From the NCBI GenBank assembly GCA_031425975.1, contig JANPKL010000064.1:1-54675 (forward strand): 54,675 nt of DNA, written 5' to 3'. The notes under the pieces were generated by a model. That model made no database searches. It worked only from the letters and a program-made list of their open reading frames with translations, and was not told where the DNA came from. A program made the position numbers and the translations under genes. Below, piece by piece: positions 24,401-34,519 of this stretch. The stretch's first letter is position 1. The number at the start of each line of letters is the position of its first letter. This DNA comes from Sphingomonas sp. (GTDB lineage Bacteria; Pseudomonadota; Alphaproteobacteria; Sphingomonadales; Sphingomonadaceae).

Positions 24401-24619
24401 GTTGCGTCGCGGGCCCGGGTCGGCAATCTCTACGTCAACCGCAATCAGATCGGCGCGGTGGTCGAAAGCCAGCCGTTCGGCGGTGAAGGGCTGTCGGGCA
24501 CCGGTCCCAAGGCCGGCGGCCCGCATTATGTCGCTCGCTTCGCGACCGAGCGGGTGATCACCATCGACACCACCGCGGCCGGCGGCAACGCCAGTTTGAT
24601 GGCGGCGATCGAAAGTTAG
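21500..24619 (+). CDS. putA: Bifunctional proline dehydrogenase / L-glutamate-gamma-semialdehyde dehydrogenase
   Basis: SFDMLGE, RLVKGAYWD, YLVRRLLENGANSSF, ISPWNFP, ETGGQN, SAGQRCSA. No N-terminal DNA-binding domain evident. Confidence 0.97.
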   Translation: MNLLTSVGTAPLDRTAVRRDTRRDEEQVVVERIEQARLGPVAEREGQAIARLLVTHVRGARPAGLDAFLHAYDLGSEEGVALMCLAEALLRIPDARTADELIHDKLSGPDWSDKLGDSHSPFVNAATFSLLMTGKVLDGAKDRSASWSGALGRAVGRLGEPVIRTAVGQAMKILGGQFVFGRSIDEALERAAPERNRGLSHSFDMLGEAARTMADADRYAEAYRGAIRRIASEAGEGVVRSPGISVKLSALHPRYEALHAAEATAHILPILRELAGMAAAADVHLTIDAEESDRLELQMDLLEALVADDSLFERGWTGLGIALQAYAKRALPLTQWVIDLARTHGRTLMVRLVKGAYWDSEIKAAQVGGYEDYPVFTRKVATDVSYLACARLLLGASDCIYPAFATHNATSIGAIKALAAGPFEFQRLHGMGEGLYEGLAKLEAELGQLQTPVRIYAPVGSHKELLAYLVRRLLENGANSSFVNRIADADIGLEELTRDPVAQLEALQPRRNPAIALPGDLFGRARRNSSGCDLTDPAVREPLLRRLAALEGKSWSAGSGNGPRQSITAPFDRAHVIGEAIETSPVALDAMLRRAAAAQPAWDAFGGEGRGEVLDRAADLFEEQREALYSLCIREAGKTLPDAVLEVREAVDFLRFYASEARRLARPTALPGPTGEINELRHHGRGTWACISPWNFPLAIFIGPVAAALAAGNAAIAKPAEQTPLIGALAVELMHCAGIPVDLLGLAVGDGKLGAALTAHPLISGVAFTGSTAVARAINRSLAAREGPILPLIAETGGQNAMIVDSSALPEQVTRDVIASSFQSAGQRCSALRVLFVQEDVADTILAMIAGAMEALVIGDPRDPATDVGPVIDDEAKAALDAYVAELRAAGQIVAERSLPANGGSFVAPVIAELPSLAALKDEHFGPILHVIRWKSGQLDAVIDQINATGFGLTLGVQSRIDNVHAHVASRARVGNLYVNRNQIGAVVESQPFGGEGLSGTGPKAGGPHYVARFATERVITIDTTAAGGNASLMAAIES

Positions 24620-25044
24620 CCCGCGGCGGCGCGACGGACGGGTGACGGAGGCTTGGCGAAAACTTCGCAAAAGCCCGCGATCTGGGCACGCAGGCGCGGG
24701 TCGGGGATCCTCCCGACCAATTGCTCCAGCAATTCATCGAAGCTTTCCTCGGGCTCGCGGCGATATTGCATGCTCCACTCGGGGAAGCTGCGGCGTGGAA
24801 TCTGGCGGCGCTGCACGAGTATGACGGGGGAGTGGCGCGGATCGACGCAAATCGACTGCCAGACGGGATCGAGACTGGAAGCTTCACCCTCCAGCACCTG
24901 CATCCACCAGGCCGCGCCGCCGATCAGCAGCCCCGTTATCCCGCAAGCGCCGTTGCGGCTGCGCGAGATGTCGAGAATGCGCTCGACCGATTCCTCGGTC
25001 TGCGGCTCCACCGATTCACTGATATAGACGATCCGATTCAACAT
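24616..25044 (-). CDS. Stand-alone BLUF blue-light sensor
   Basis: YIS, SRSRN..GITGLL, MQVLEG, DPRH and F.EWSM. The conserved Tyr, Asn, Gln, Trp and Met are present. Confidence 0.92.
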   Translation of the reverse strand: MLNRIVYISESVEPQTEESVERILDISRSRNGACGITGLLIGGAAWWMQVLEGEASSLDPVWQSICVDPRHSPVILVQRRQIPRRSFPEWSMQYRREPEESFDELLEQLVGRIPDPRLRAQIAGFCEVFAKPPSPVRRAAAG

Positions 25045-25144
25045 TCCCGACTCTCCACCCCAGCGCCCGCATGGGGAGGGGGTGGCATAGGCGGAAAAGA
25101 CAACCGAAGGTTGACGATCTAATCCGTTTCGGATGCTGGAAAAG

Positions 25145-25219
25145 TGGCTCCCCGAGTTGGATTCGAACCAACGACCAAGTGATTAACAGTCACCTACTCT
25201 ACCGCTGAGCTATCGGGGA
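25145..25219 (-). tRNA. tRNA-Asn(GTT)
   Basis: TCCCCGA/TCGGGGA acceptor stem, loop CTGTTAA, GTTCGAATC and encoded CCA. Confidence 0.97.
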
Positions 25220-25276
25220 ACGATGCCGTGCACGGACGAGCGGGCCTATGACCGAGCGTCCGGCGCTTTGCAACCC

Positions 25277-26098
25277 TCAAGTGGCGAACTGCTCGGCCGC
25301 AATGCGTTCGTCGAGTGCCTGGTCGGGATCGAACAGCAAGGTGAGGGGCCGGCTGCGGTCGAGCCCGATCTCGACCTGCCTGACATCGCGCACCTCGAAC
25401 TGGTCGGCGACCGCCGCGACCAGCCGGTCGGTCGGCTCATGCACCCGGAAGGTGATGATCGTGTCGTCAGGCAGGAGCGCGCCCGACCAGCGGCGCGGAC
25501 GAAAGGGCGCGATCGGGGTCAGTGCCAGCAACGGCGCCGACAGCGGCAGGATCGGGCCCCGGGCGGAGAAATTATAGGCGGTCGACCCGGCCGGCGATGC
25601 GACCAGGACGCCGTCCGCGACCAGTTCGGGCAGCACCACCCGGCCGTTGACCGAGACCTCGATCTTGGCCGCCTGACGGGTCTGGCGCAGCAGCGACACC
25701 TCGTTGATCGCGGCATGGGTCCAGATATCGCCATGGACGGTCTCGGCGCGCATCGTCAGTGGCATCACTTCGACCGCCTTGGCCGCCGCGATCCGCTCAC
25801 CCAGGCAATCGAGCCGCCATTCGTTCATGAGGAAGCCGACGGTGCCGCGATTGATCCCGAACACCGGGCGCGCTTCGCCCCCGTCGAGCATCTGGTGCAA
25901 TGTGTGGAGCATGAAACCGTCGCCGCCCAAGGCCACCAGCACCTTCGCCGCGCGCTCCTCGGCGAAGACATAGCGTCGGCGCAGCATCGCCGCGGCAGCC
26001 TGCGCGCTCTCGTTGCGGCTGGCGACCAGGGCGATGCCGTGCGCCGTCAGGTCCTGGCGGCCGATAGGGGAGCCCGGGGGCAAGGGAGCGCTCAACAA
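25277..26098 (-). CDS. nadK: NAD kinase
   Basis: LGGDG, GTVGFL, NEV and GSTAYNFSA motifs. TTG start after GAGGA. Confidence 0.95.
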   Translation of the reverse strand: MLSAPLPPGSPIGRQDLTAHGIALVASRNESAQAAAAMLRRRYVFAEERAAKVLVALGGDGFMLHTLHQMLDGGEARPVFGINRGTVGFLMNEWRLDCLGERIAAAKAVEVMPLTMRAETVHGDIWTHAAINEVSLLRQTRQAAKIEVSVNGRVVLPELVADGVLVASPAGSTAYNFSARGPILPLSAPLLALTPIAPFRPRRWSGALLPDDTIITFRVHEPTDRLVAAVADQFEVRDVRQVEIGLDRSRPLTLLFDPDQALDERIAAEQFAT

Positions 26099-26223
26099 GT
26101 CAGGTCCTCGGGTGGCGGCGCGGTGACGCGAAGCTTAGCCCGAATGCCGCCCGCCCGCCACCGTCCCGTTTCGGACCAGGCGGCAAGGCGACCGATGCGC
26201 GCTTTCCTGCTATCGTGCAAAGC

Positions 26224-27051
26224 GTGAAGATGACCGCGGCCCTCGCCACCCTGTCCCGCCGCGCGCGCCGCGCCAGCGATCGTCTGCCCGAACCGGTGGC
26301 GCTGCATCCCTCGTCCGACCCGGCGCTTCTCGCCCTACTCGCCGGCGACGCCATCCAGCTCGCCTATCAGCCGCAATGGAAAGTCGAGAGCGGGGCGATG
26401 TTCGGGGTCGAGGCGCTGGTCCGCGGGCCCGACGGGATCGCGCCCGACATATTGTTTGCGCGCGCCGCCGCCGCCGGGCTGGACGAACGCCTGTCGCGCA
26501 CGATCCAGCGCAAGGCGCTGCGCAGCTTCGCCGAATGGACCGGAGCGATGGCCGATCTCCATCTATCGCTCAACCTCCTGCCCGAAGACCTCGCCCGGCC
26601 CGGCTTCGAGCGTTGGCTGCTCGACGAGATTGCCGAGGTCGGAATCGACCCGACCCGGATCACCGCCGAAATCACCGAAAGCAGCCTGATCATCGACCCC
26701 GCCGCCGCCGCCGGACGGCTTGCGTCGCTGCGTGCCGCCGGGGTCCGCATCGCGATCGACGATTTCGGGACCGGCTATGCCAGCCTTGCCTGGCTGACGA
26801 CGTTGCCGCTGGACCTCATCAAGATCGATCGCGGGCTGATCCTTGACCTGGTCGGCGAGCGCCGCGCGCAGATTGTGGTCAAGGCCCTGATCGCACTCGC
26901 CCGCGAGCTCGACCTGCAGGTGCTGGTCGAAGGCGTCGAAGACCCCGCCCAGCTCGCCTTGCTCAGGGAGTGGGGCTGCGACAGTTACCAGGGCTTCCTC
27001 GGCGCCAAGGCGATGAGCGAAGCGGAGCTTGCGGCGTTTCTTGCGGGGTGA
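26224..27051 (+). CDS. Stand-alone EAL-domain c-di-GMP phosphodiesterase
   Basis: YQP, EALVR, EITE, DDFGTGYAS, IKID, EGVE and QGF all intact. Start uncertain between 26215 and 26230. Confidence 0.9.
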   Translation: MKMTAALATLSRRARRASDRLPEPVALHPSSDPALLALLAGDAIQLAYQPQWKVESGAMFGVEALVRGPDGIAPDILFARAAAAGLDERLSRTIQRKALRSFAEWTGAMADLHLSLNLLPEDLARPGFERWLLDEIAEVGIDPTRITAEITESSLIIDPAAAAGRLASLRAAGVRIAIDDFGTGYASLAWLTTLPLDLIKIDRGLILDLVGERRAQIVVKALIALARELDLQVLVEGVEDPAQLALLREWGCDSYQGFLGAKAMSEAELAAFLAG

Positions 27052-27087
27052 GGTTTGCGGGCGGTCTGTTGGGGGGAGGCAGAAGTT

Positions 27088-27170
27088 ACTGGGATCCTGC
27101 TTTCGCAGGAGAGCAGTGAAAACGCTCTCGCACTAGCCTGTTCCTCTGCGCACGCGGGGGCCCAGTTTTT
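27088..27170. repeat. Pair of family-B REP-like hairpins between convergent genes; possible terminator
   Basis: ACTGGG-ATCCTGC-TTTC-GCAGGA and CCTCTGCG-CA-CGCGGGGG-CCCAGT followed by a T run. Confidence 0.6.
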
Positions 27171-27184
27171 TCTTATCGAAGCCT

Positions 27185-30100
27185 CTAAGCCGCAACCTTC
27201 TCCTTCGCGCCCGCCGCCGCCACCCGCGCCAGGCCGCGGCTCAATTGCAACGCGCCATTCAGCCGCTGCGACGGGCTGACCCAGTCGCGGCTGACGACCA
27301 GCTTGCTGTCGGGGCGCAGTTTGGCGACGCCCTTCAATCGCTCGATGTAACCGAACAGGCCGGGCAAATCGGGGAAGCCCGAAGGCGAGAAGGTCACCAC
27401 CGCGCCGCGCGCGCCGACGTCCAGTTTGGCGATGCCCGCCGCGCGGCAGTGGATCTTGGTCTCGACCACCTGCAGCAGATTCTGCGCCTCTTCGGGGATC
27501 TTGCCGAAGCGATCGATCATCTCGGCGGCGAATTCCTCGACCTCGCGCGGGGTCTCGAGCTCGCCCAGGCGGCGGTAGAGTCCCATGCGCAAATCGAGAT
27601 CGGGAACGTAATCCTCGGCGATCATGATCGGCGCTTCGACGTTGATTTGCGGTGAGAATTCGTCGGGCTTGTCGTCGCGGCTGCCGCCCGCCTTCATGTC
27701 GAGGATCGCCTCCTCCAGCATCGACTGGTAGAGTTCGAATCCGACCTCCTTGATATGCCCCGACTGTTCGTCGCCGAGCAGATTGCCGGCACCGCGAATG
27801 TCGAGGTCGTGGCTGGCAAGCTGGAAGCCCGCGCCCAGCGTGTCGAGATTGGTCAGCACGGTCAGGCGCTTTTCCGCGGTCTCGGTCACCTGCCGGTCGA
27901 GCGGGGTGGTCATATAGGCATAAGCGCGCGTTTTCGAGCGGCCGACGCGACCCCGCAGCTGATACAGCTGCGCCAGGCCGAAGCGGTCGGCGCGGTGCAC
28001 GATCAAGGTATTGGCACTGGGGATGTCGAGGCCACTCTCGACGATGGTCGTGGACAAAAGCACGTCATATTTGCGGTCGTAAAAGGCGCTCATGCGCTCC
28101 TCGACCTCAGTCGGGGAGAGCTGGCCGTGGGCGACGATCGGCTTCACCTCGGGCACTTCCTCGCGCAGCCACTCCTCGATGTCGGGGAGGTCGGCGACGC
28201 GCGGCACCACGAAATAGCTTTGCCCGCCGCGATAATGTTCGCGCAGCAGCGCCTCGCGGATGACCACCGGATCCCACGGCGTGACATAAGTGCGCACCGC
28301 CAGCCGGTCGACCGGCGGGGTCTGGATTACCGACAATTCGCGCAGGCCGCTCATCGCCATCTGCAGCGTGCGCGGGATCGGGGTGGCAGTCAGCGTCAGC
28401 ACATGGACGTCCGCCTTGAGCGCCTTCAGCCGCTCTTTGTGGGTGACCCCGAAGCGCTGCTCCTCGTCGACGATGACCAGGCCGAGCTTCTTGAATTTGA
28501 TGCCCTTCGCCAGGATTGCGTGGGTCCCGATCACAATATCCAGATGCCCGCTCTCGAGCGCGTCCTTGGTCCGCTTCGTTTCGGCGGTGGCAACCAGCCG
28601 CGACAGGCGCCCGACCTCGATCGGAAAGCCCTTCAGCCGGTCGCAGAAATTGGTGAAATGCTGACGCGCAAGCAGCGTCGTCGGGCAGACTAAAGCGACC
28701 TGATAGCCGGCCATGGCGGCGACGAAGGCGGCGCGCATTGCGACCTCGGTCTTGCCGAAGCCGACGTCGCCGCACACCAGCCGGTCCATCGGCCGGCCCG
28801 CCTCGAGATCCCCGAGCACGTCGGAAATGGCGCGCGCCTGGTCGTCGGTTTCCTCATAGGGAAAGCGGTCGACCATCGCGGGATAGGCGCTGTCGGGCTC
28901 GGCCACGACGCCCTGGCGGGTGGCACGCAGCGCGGCGGTCTTGATCAGCTCACCCGCAATCTCGCGGATTCGCTCCTTCATCCGCGCCTTGCGCCGCTGC
29001 CACGCCTCCCCGCCGAGACGGTCGAGCGCGACCCCTTCCTCGCCGCTGCCGTAGCGGGTCAGGACGTCGATATTCTCGACCGGCACGTAGAGCTTGTTGC
29101 CCCCCGCGTAGCTGAGCGCGACGCAATCATGCGGCGCTCGGCCGACCTGGACCTGAGTCAGCCCCTCGTAGCGGCCGATGCCATGTTCGGCGTGGACGAC
29201 CAGGTCGCCCGGCGTCAGTGTGGCGAGTTCGGAGAGAAAGGCATCGGCGCTCTTGCGGCGCTTGCGGCGGCGGACCAGGCGGTCGCCAAGCATGTCCTGC
29301 TCGGTGAGGACGGCGACGTCGGGCGTGGTGAAGCCATGATCGAGCGGGAGCACGAGCAGGGCCGCCGCATTGCCGACGCCGAGCGCTTCCTGCCAGCTGC
29401 CGGCGAGCTTCTGGGCGGTGAGACCATGATCCTTGAGCAGCCCGGACAGTCGCTCGCGGGCCCCGACCGAATAGCTGGCCATGACCAGCTTTCGACCGTT
29501 CTTCCGTAGCTTGGCGGCGTGGGCTGAGACGGCTTCATAGATATTCTCATTGGCCGCGCGCTCGGGCGCGAAGTCGCGCGCCGGGGTTACGCCAAAGTCG
29601 ATTACGCGGTCGGAGTCGGGCTCAGGGAAGGTGGTTGTGAGATGGATCGGCCGCTCAATGAAACCATCCCATTCCTTGACCGAGAGATAGAGGCTGGAGG
29701 CGGCGAGCGGGCGATAGCTGCCGGACCCGGGGACCATCGCGCGTTCGCGGTTCTGGAAATAATCCTGGATCGCCTCGCGCCGCTGGTCGACCGCCTGGGC
29801 CACGCCGGGATCGCGCAGCAGGAGGTCGCGGGGCCCGAGATGCTCGAACAGGGTTTCCAGCCGCTCCTCGAACAAGGGCAGCCAATGCTCCATGCCCGCC
29901 AGCCGCCTCCCCTCGCTGACCGCCTGGTAGAGCGGATCGCCGGTGGCATTGGCGCCGAATTGCTCGCGATAGCGGGCGCGGAAGCGCTTGATGCTGTCCT
30001 CGTCGAGCAGCGCCTCGGAAGCGGGCATGAGCGTGAAGGCGTCGGCCGGACCGATGGTGCGCTGGTCGGCAGGATCGAAGGCGCGGACGGTCTCGACCTC

Positions 30101-30676
30101 GTCGCCAAAGAAATCGAGGCGGACGGCATGGGCGAAGCCCGAGGGGAACAGGTCGAGCAGGCCGCCGCGCACCGCATATTCGCCGGCTTCGGAGACGCTG
30201 TCGGTGCGATGATAGCCGTTGGCGGTGAGCAATTTGATGAGAACGTCGCGCTCGATCCGCTCGCCGGGCGCGATCCGCCGGGTCAGCGCGCGGATGCGGA
30301 ACGGGGTCAATGTGCGCTGGGCCGCGGCATTGGCGGTCGTGATCAGCAATTGCGGTCGCGTGGGGGTTGCCTGCAGTCGGTGCTAGGTCGCAAGCCGCTC
30401 GGCCATCACCCGCAGCGCAGGAGAGGCGCGGTCGTAGGGCAGGCAGTCCCAGGCGGGGTAGGTGAGGATGTCGAGCTCGGGCGCGAAGGCGGGCGCGGTC
30501 TCGGCCAACGCGCGCATCGCCGCTTCGTCGGACGCGATCACGATCGCCCGCCCGCCGCCCGCGCGGCCATGCGCGGCGCGCGCAAGGTCGGCCGCGAGCC
30601 ACGGAAGGAAACCCGTCGGCACGCCCGCAAGCGTCAGCGGCGCGTCGGCCGCAAGGATACGCTGGAGGTCGCTCAT
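27185..30676 (-). pseudogene. mfd: Transcription-repair coupling factor interrupted by one in-frame TAG at 30383-30385
   Basis: ORFs 30383..30676 and 27185..30349 share a frame and join as MAERLAT*HRLQ. Motifs PAWDCLPYDR, CGDVGFGKTE, DEEQRFGV and QLRGRVGRS intact; 1163 codons in total. Confidence 0.9.
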
Positions 30677-30939
30677 CGGTCGATCGGAAGATAGTCGAGG
30701 CGCTGGAAGGCGGTCATCAGGTCGCCGCGGAAGCGCTCGGGCACGGCTTGCGTTCCGATCCCCCAGGCCATGATGTCGACATCCTGCTCTTCGAGCAGAG
30801 CCGCGAACCAGGCGCGCTCCTCGGGCGTCCAGCGCGGGCCGTGCGCATCGAGGAACCCTCCAATCATCCGATCCGCCTCCCGCGTCCCACGATGGTGCGC
30901 GCGCCAGTGGAGGCGCTTATAGTCCGGATCGTCGAGCAT
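30673..30939 (-). CDS. sdhE: Succinate dehydrogenase assembly factor 2 (FAD assembly factor)
   Basis: RL.WRAHHRGTREAD motif; lies between mfd and recG. Confidence 0.92.
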   Translation of the reverse strand: MLDDPDYKRLHWRAHHRGTREADRMIGGFLDAHGPRWTPEERAWFAALLEEQDVDIMAWGIGTQAVPERFRGDLMTAFQRLDYLPIDR

Positions 30940-30973
30940 GAGGGGCATGTAGGCGAGTAAGCGTAATATTGCA

Positions 30974-31093
30974 GCCCTCCTTTAGGAGGGTGGCTCAGGC
31001 GCAGCCCGAGCGGGAGATTCGCAACCTTGAGGGCGGTGATCCGAACCCCTCCGCGCCCGCCTTGCGGGGGCACCTCCCCTGAAGGGAAGGAGC
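30974..31093. repeat. REP-like palindromic element (family A)
   Basis: CCCTCC-TTTA-GGAGGG hairpin plus GCACCTCCCCTGAAGGGAAGGA arm, resembling 18446..18555. Confidence 0.65.
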
Positions 31094-31113
31094 TTGCTAC
31101 AGCCAATCCCGAC

Positions 31114-33165
31114 ATGCGCCCCGAACTCCTCAACCCGCTGTTTGCCGAAGTCGAACTGCTCAAGGGCGTCGGCCCCGGATTGACCCGCCAGCTGGCCAAG
31201 CTGGGCATCACCCGCGTCGTCGATCTCCTGTTCCACTTGCCCACCGGCGCGATCGAGCGGGTGCGGGCGCCGGCCGCAAGCGCCGCCTTGATCGGTCGGC
31301 AGATCGTGATCGACGTGCGGGCGACCGAGCTTCGGACCAGCCGTGGGCGCGGGCCGACGCGGGTCTATGCGGTCGACGGGGACGGCAATATGCTCACCCT
31401 TGCCTTCTTCGGGCAGGGCGGCTGGGCGGCCAAGCAGCTACCGCTGGGCGAGACTCGCACCGTCACCGGCAAGCTCGAGGCTTATGGCGACCAGTGGCAG
31501 ATGGTCCACCCCGAGGTGACCGAACCGGGTAAGGCCGAGCCTGCGCTGAAGGAGACCGTCTATCCGCTGACCGAGGGGCTGACGAGCCGGCGCCTACGCG
31601 AACTCGTCACCGCCGCAATCGAGCGCGCGCCTGCGCTGGCCGAATGGATCGAGCCCTCCTTGCTGGCGAAAAACGGCTGGCGCGACTGGCGCGGAGCGCT
31701 GGCCGAAATCCATGCCGAACCAGCCTCGGAAGAAGCCCGCAAACGCCTCGCCTATGACGAGATTTTCGCCAACCAGCTCGCGTTGTCGCTGGTGCGGCTG
31801 GTCAGCCGCCGCAAGCGCGGGGCGGCCTTGCGCGGGGACGGGCGGCTGAGCAATGCACTGCGGCTGCCCTACGAACTCACCGGGGCGCAGGCCCGGGTGG
31901 TGCGCGAGATACGCGACGATCTCGGCCAGGAAGCGCCGATGCTGCGCCTGCTCCAGGGCGATGTCGGGTCAGGCAAGACCCTGGTCGCGCTGCTGGCGAT
32001 GCTCGAGGCGGTCGAGGCGGGGGCGCAGGCGGCCATGCTTGCGCCCACCGAGATCCTTGCCAGGCAACATCATGCGACCCTGCTCAAGCAACTGGATTCT
32101 TTAGGCGTCCGGGTCGCGATCCTGACCGGGCGCGAGAAAGGCCGTGTACGCGAGGCGACGTTGATGGGGCTGGCCGACGGGTCGATCGACATCCTGGTTG
32201 GCACCCACGCGATCTTCCAGGACAAGGTCGCCTATCGCCGCCTCGGGCTGGTGGTAATCGACGAACAGCATCGCTTCGGTGTGTCCGAGCGGCTGCTCCT
32301 CACCAGCAAAGGCTTGGCTACGCCGCATCTGCTGGCGATGACCGCCACCCCGATCCCGCGCACCCTTACGCTCACTCAATATGGCGAGATGGACGTCAGC
32401 CGGATCGACGAAATGCCCCCGGGCCGTACCCCGGTCGAGACCCGCGTCATCGCCGACGAACGCCTTGGCGAAGTCGTCGACGGCCTCGCCCGCCACGTTG
32501 CCGTGGGGGGACAGGCTTACTGGGTCTGCCCGTTGGTGGCCGAAAGCGAGACTATTGACGCCGCCGCGGCCGAGCAGCGGGCCGAAGCGCTGGCTTTGCG
32601 CTTTCCGGGCCAGGTCGGGCTGGTCCACGGGCGGATGAAGGGCGAGGCCAAGGATGCGGTCATGGGCGATTTCGCCGCCGGGCGGATTGCCGTCCTGGTC
32701 GCCACCACCGTGATCGAGGTCGGGGTCGATGTCCCCAACGCCGCGCTGATGGTGATCGAGGGGGCCGAGCGCTTTGGGCTCAGCCAGCTCCACCAGCTGC
32801 GCGGGCGGGTCGGGCGCGGCGCGGCCAAGTCGACCTGCCTGCTGCTGCGCGGAGCCACGCTGAGCGAGACGGCGCGCGCGCGGCTGGCATTGATGCGGGA
32901 GACCAATGACGGCTTCCGGATCGCCGAGGAGGATCTGCGGCTGCGCGGTCCCGGCGAAATGCTCGGGCTTCGGCAGAGCGGGGAAGCGCAATTCCGGCTG
33001 GCCTCGCCCGAACTGGTGCAGGAGCTTGCCCCGGTCGCGACGCAGGACGCCCGCCTGCTCCTCGACCGCGACGGCGGCCTCAAGGGCGAGCAGGGGGCGG
33101 CGGCACGATTGTGCCTCTATCTGTTCGAGCGCGACCAGGCGGTTGAGTTGCTGGGGGGCGGGTAG
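31114..33165 (+). CDS. recG: ATP-dependent DNA helicase RecG
   Basis: MRPELLNPLF start, QGDVGSGKT, DEQHRFGV, MTATPIPRT, QLRGRVGRG and DLRLRGPGE. Confidence 0.97.
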   Translation: MRPELLNPLFAEVELLKGVGPGLTRQLAKLGITRVVDLLFHLPTGAIERVRAPAASAALIGRQIVIDVRATELRTSRGRGPTRVYAVDGDGNMLTLAFFGQGGWAAKQLPLGETRTVTGKLEAYGDQWQMVHPEVTEPGKAEPALKETVYPLTEGLTSRRLRELVTAAIERAPALAEWIEPSLLAKNGWRDWRGALAEIHAEPASEEARKRLAYDEIFANQLALSLVRLVSRRKRGAALRGDGRLSNALRLPYELTGAQARVVREIRDDLGQEAPMLRLLQGDVGSGKTLVALLAMLEAVEAGAQAAMLAPTEILARQHHATLLKQLDSLGVRVAILTGREKGRVREATLMGLADGSIDILVGTHAIFQDKVAYRRLGLVVIDEQHRFGVSERLLLTSKGLATPHLLAMTATPIPRTLTLTQYGEMDVSRIDEMPPGRTPVETRVIADERLGEVVDGLARHVAVGGQAYWVCPLVAESETIDAAAAEQRAEALALRFPGQVGLVHGRMKGEAKDAVMGDFAAGRIAVLVATTVIEVGVDVPNAALMVIEGAERFGLSQLHQLRGRVGRGAAKSTCLLLRGATLSETARARLALMRETNDGFRIAEEDLRLRGPGEMLGLRQSGEAQFRLASPELVQELAPVATQDARLLLDRDGGLKGEQGAAARLCLYLFERDQAVELLGGG

Positions 33166-33180
33166 GGGCGACGCACGTTG

Positions 33181-34416
33181 CTACGGAAGAAGCACCCCAT
33201 GCTTCTTCTTGCCCAGGCTCAGTTTGCGCTCCGATCCCACGGAAATCACAAGCGAAACATCGCTCACAACCGCCCCGTCGAGCCGCACCGCGCCTTCCGC
33301 CACCTTGCGCTTGGCCTCGCCGTTTGAGGCACAGAAGCCCAAGGCCACCAGCGCCGCCAAAAGCCCGATCTCGCCCCCCGTGGCACGGCTCGGCAGAGCC
33401 TCCCCCGCGCCCCCGCCGGCGAAGATCGACGCCGCGGTCCCAGCCGCTGCTTCTGCCGTCTCGCGCCCATGCAGCAGCGCCGTCGCCTCGGTCGCGAGCA
33501 CGATCTTGGCGGCGTTGATCCCGGCCCCTTCAAGCGCCTCCAGCCGCGCAATCTCGTCCAGCGGCAGGTCGGTGAACAATTTGAGGAACCGCCCGACATC
33601 GGCATCGGCGCTGTTCCGCCAGAATTGCCAGTAATCATAGGTGCTAAGGGCGAAACCCTCGGGTCCGTCGGCGTTGAGCCAGACCGCGCCCGCGGCGGTC
33701 TTGCCCATCTTCGCACCGTCGGCGGTGGTGATCAGCGGAGTGGTCACCGCGAACACTTCCGTGCCGTCGGCGCGTCGGCAAAGCTCCACGCCATTGACGA
33801 TATTGCCCCACTGGTCCGACCCGCCCATCTGCAGCCGGCAACCGGCCCGGCGCGACAGTTCGAGGAAGTCATAGGCCTGCATGATCATGTAGTTGAATTC
33901 GAGGAAGCTCAGCGACTGCTCACGCTCCAGCCGCAAGCGCACGCTGTCGAAGCTCAGCATCCGGTTGACCGAGAAATGCCGCCCGACCTCGCGCAGGAAG
34001 GGCAGATATTCGAGTCTGCCGAGCCACGCGTCATTATCGACCAGCAGGGCGTCGGTGGGTCCGTCCCCGAACGTCAGGAAACGTCCGAACACCTGGCGGA
34101 TGCCCGCGATATTGGCGGCGATCGCGTCCCCGTCGAGCATCCGGCGTTCGTCGGACTTGAAGCTCGGGTCGCCGACCTTGGTCGTGCCCCCGCCCATCAG
34201 GACGATCGGCCGATGGCCGGCCTGCTGCAATCGCCGCAGCATCATGATCTGCACCAGGCTGCCGACATGGAGGCTCGGTGCGGTCGCGTCGAAGCCGATA
34301 TAGCCCGTCACGACCTCGCGCGCGGCCAGCGCATCGAGCGCGGCGGCGTCGGTCGTCTGGTGGATATAGCCGCGCTCAGCGAGCAGCCGAAGAAGCGAGG
34401 ATTGGTGGGTCGTCAT
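33181..34416 (-). CDS. tyrS: Tyrosine--tRNA ligase
   Basis: [30 protein letters not shown] and C-terminal S4-like domain. Confidence 0.97.
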   Translation of the reverse strand: MTTHQSSLLRLLAERGYIHQTTDAAALDALAAREVVTGYIGFDATAPSLHVGSLVQIMMLRRLQQAGHRPIVLMGGGTTKVGDPSFKSDERRMLDGDAIAANIAGIRQVFGRFLTFGDGPTDALLVDNDAWLGRLEYLPFLREVGRHFSVNRMLSFDSVRLRLEREQSLSFLEFNYMIMQAYDFLELSRRAGCRLQMGGSDQWGNIVNGVELCRRADGTEVFAVTTPLITTADGAKMGKTAAGAVWLNADGPEGFALSTYDYWQFWRNSADADVGRFLKLFTDLPLDEIARLEALEGAGINAAKIVLATEATALLHGRETAEAAAGTAASIFAGGGAGEALPSRATGGEIGLLAALVALGFCASNGEAKRKVAEGAVRLDGAVVSDVSLVISVGSERKLSLGKKKHGVLLP

Positions 34417-34519
34417 GGCCATGCGCTTAGCCGAGGGGCGGGCGGGGCGAAAGAAGGGGCGATGGCGCCTTTCCATCCCCGGGCTTCGCGATCCGACTTC
34501 CTTTTGATAGCATGACGTC

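Noticed and set aside
24616-25219. Genomic island integrated at tRNA-Asn (or at tRNA-Pro/Ile2)
   Set aside because: No integrase and no duplicated tRNA 3' end seen in the window.
30383-30430. Pyrrolysine or genome-wide TAG recoding at the mfd stop
   Set aside because: No pyl genes or suppressor tRNA in the window, and TAG is the normal stop of several genes here.
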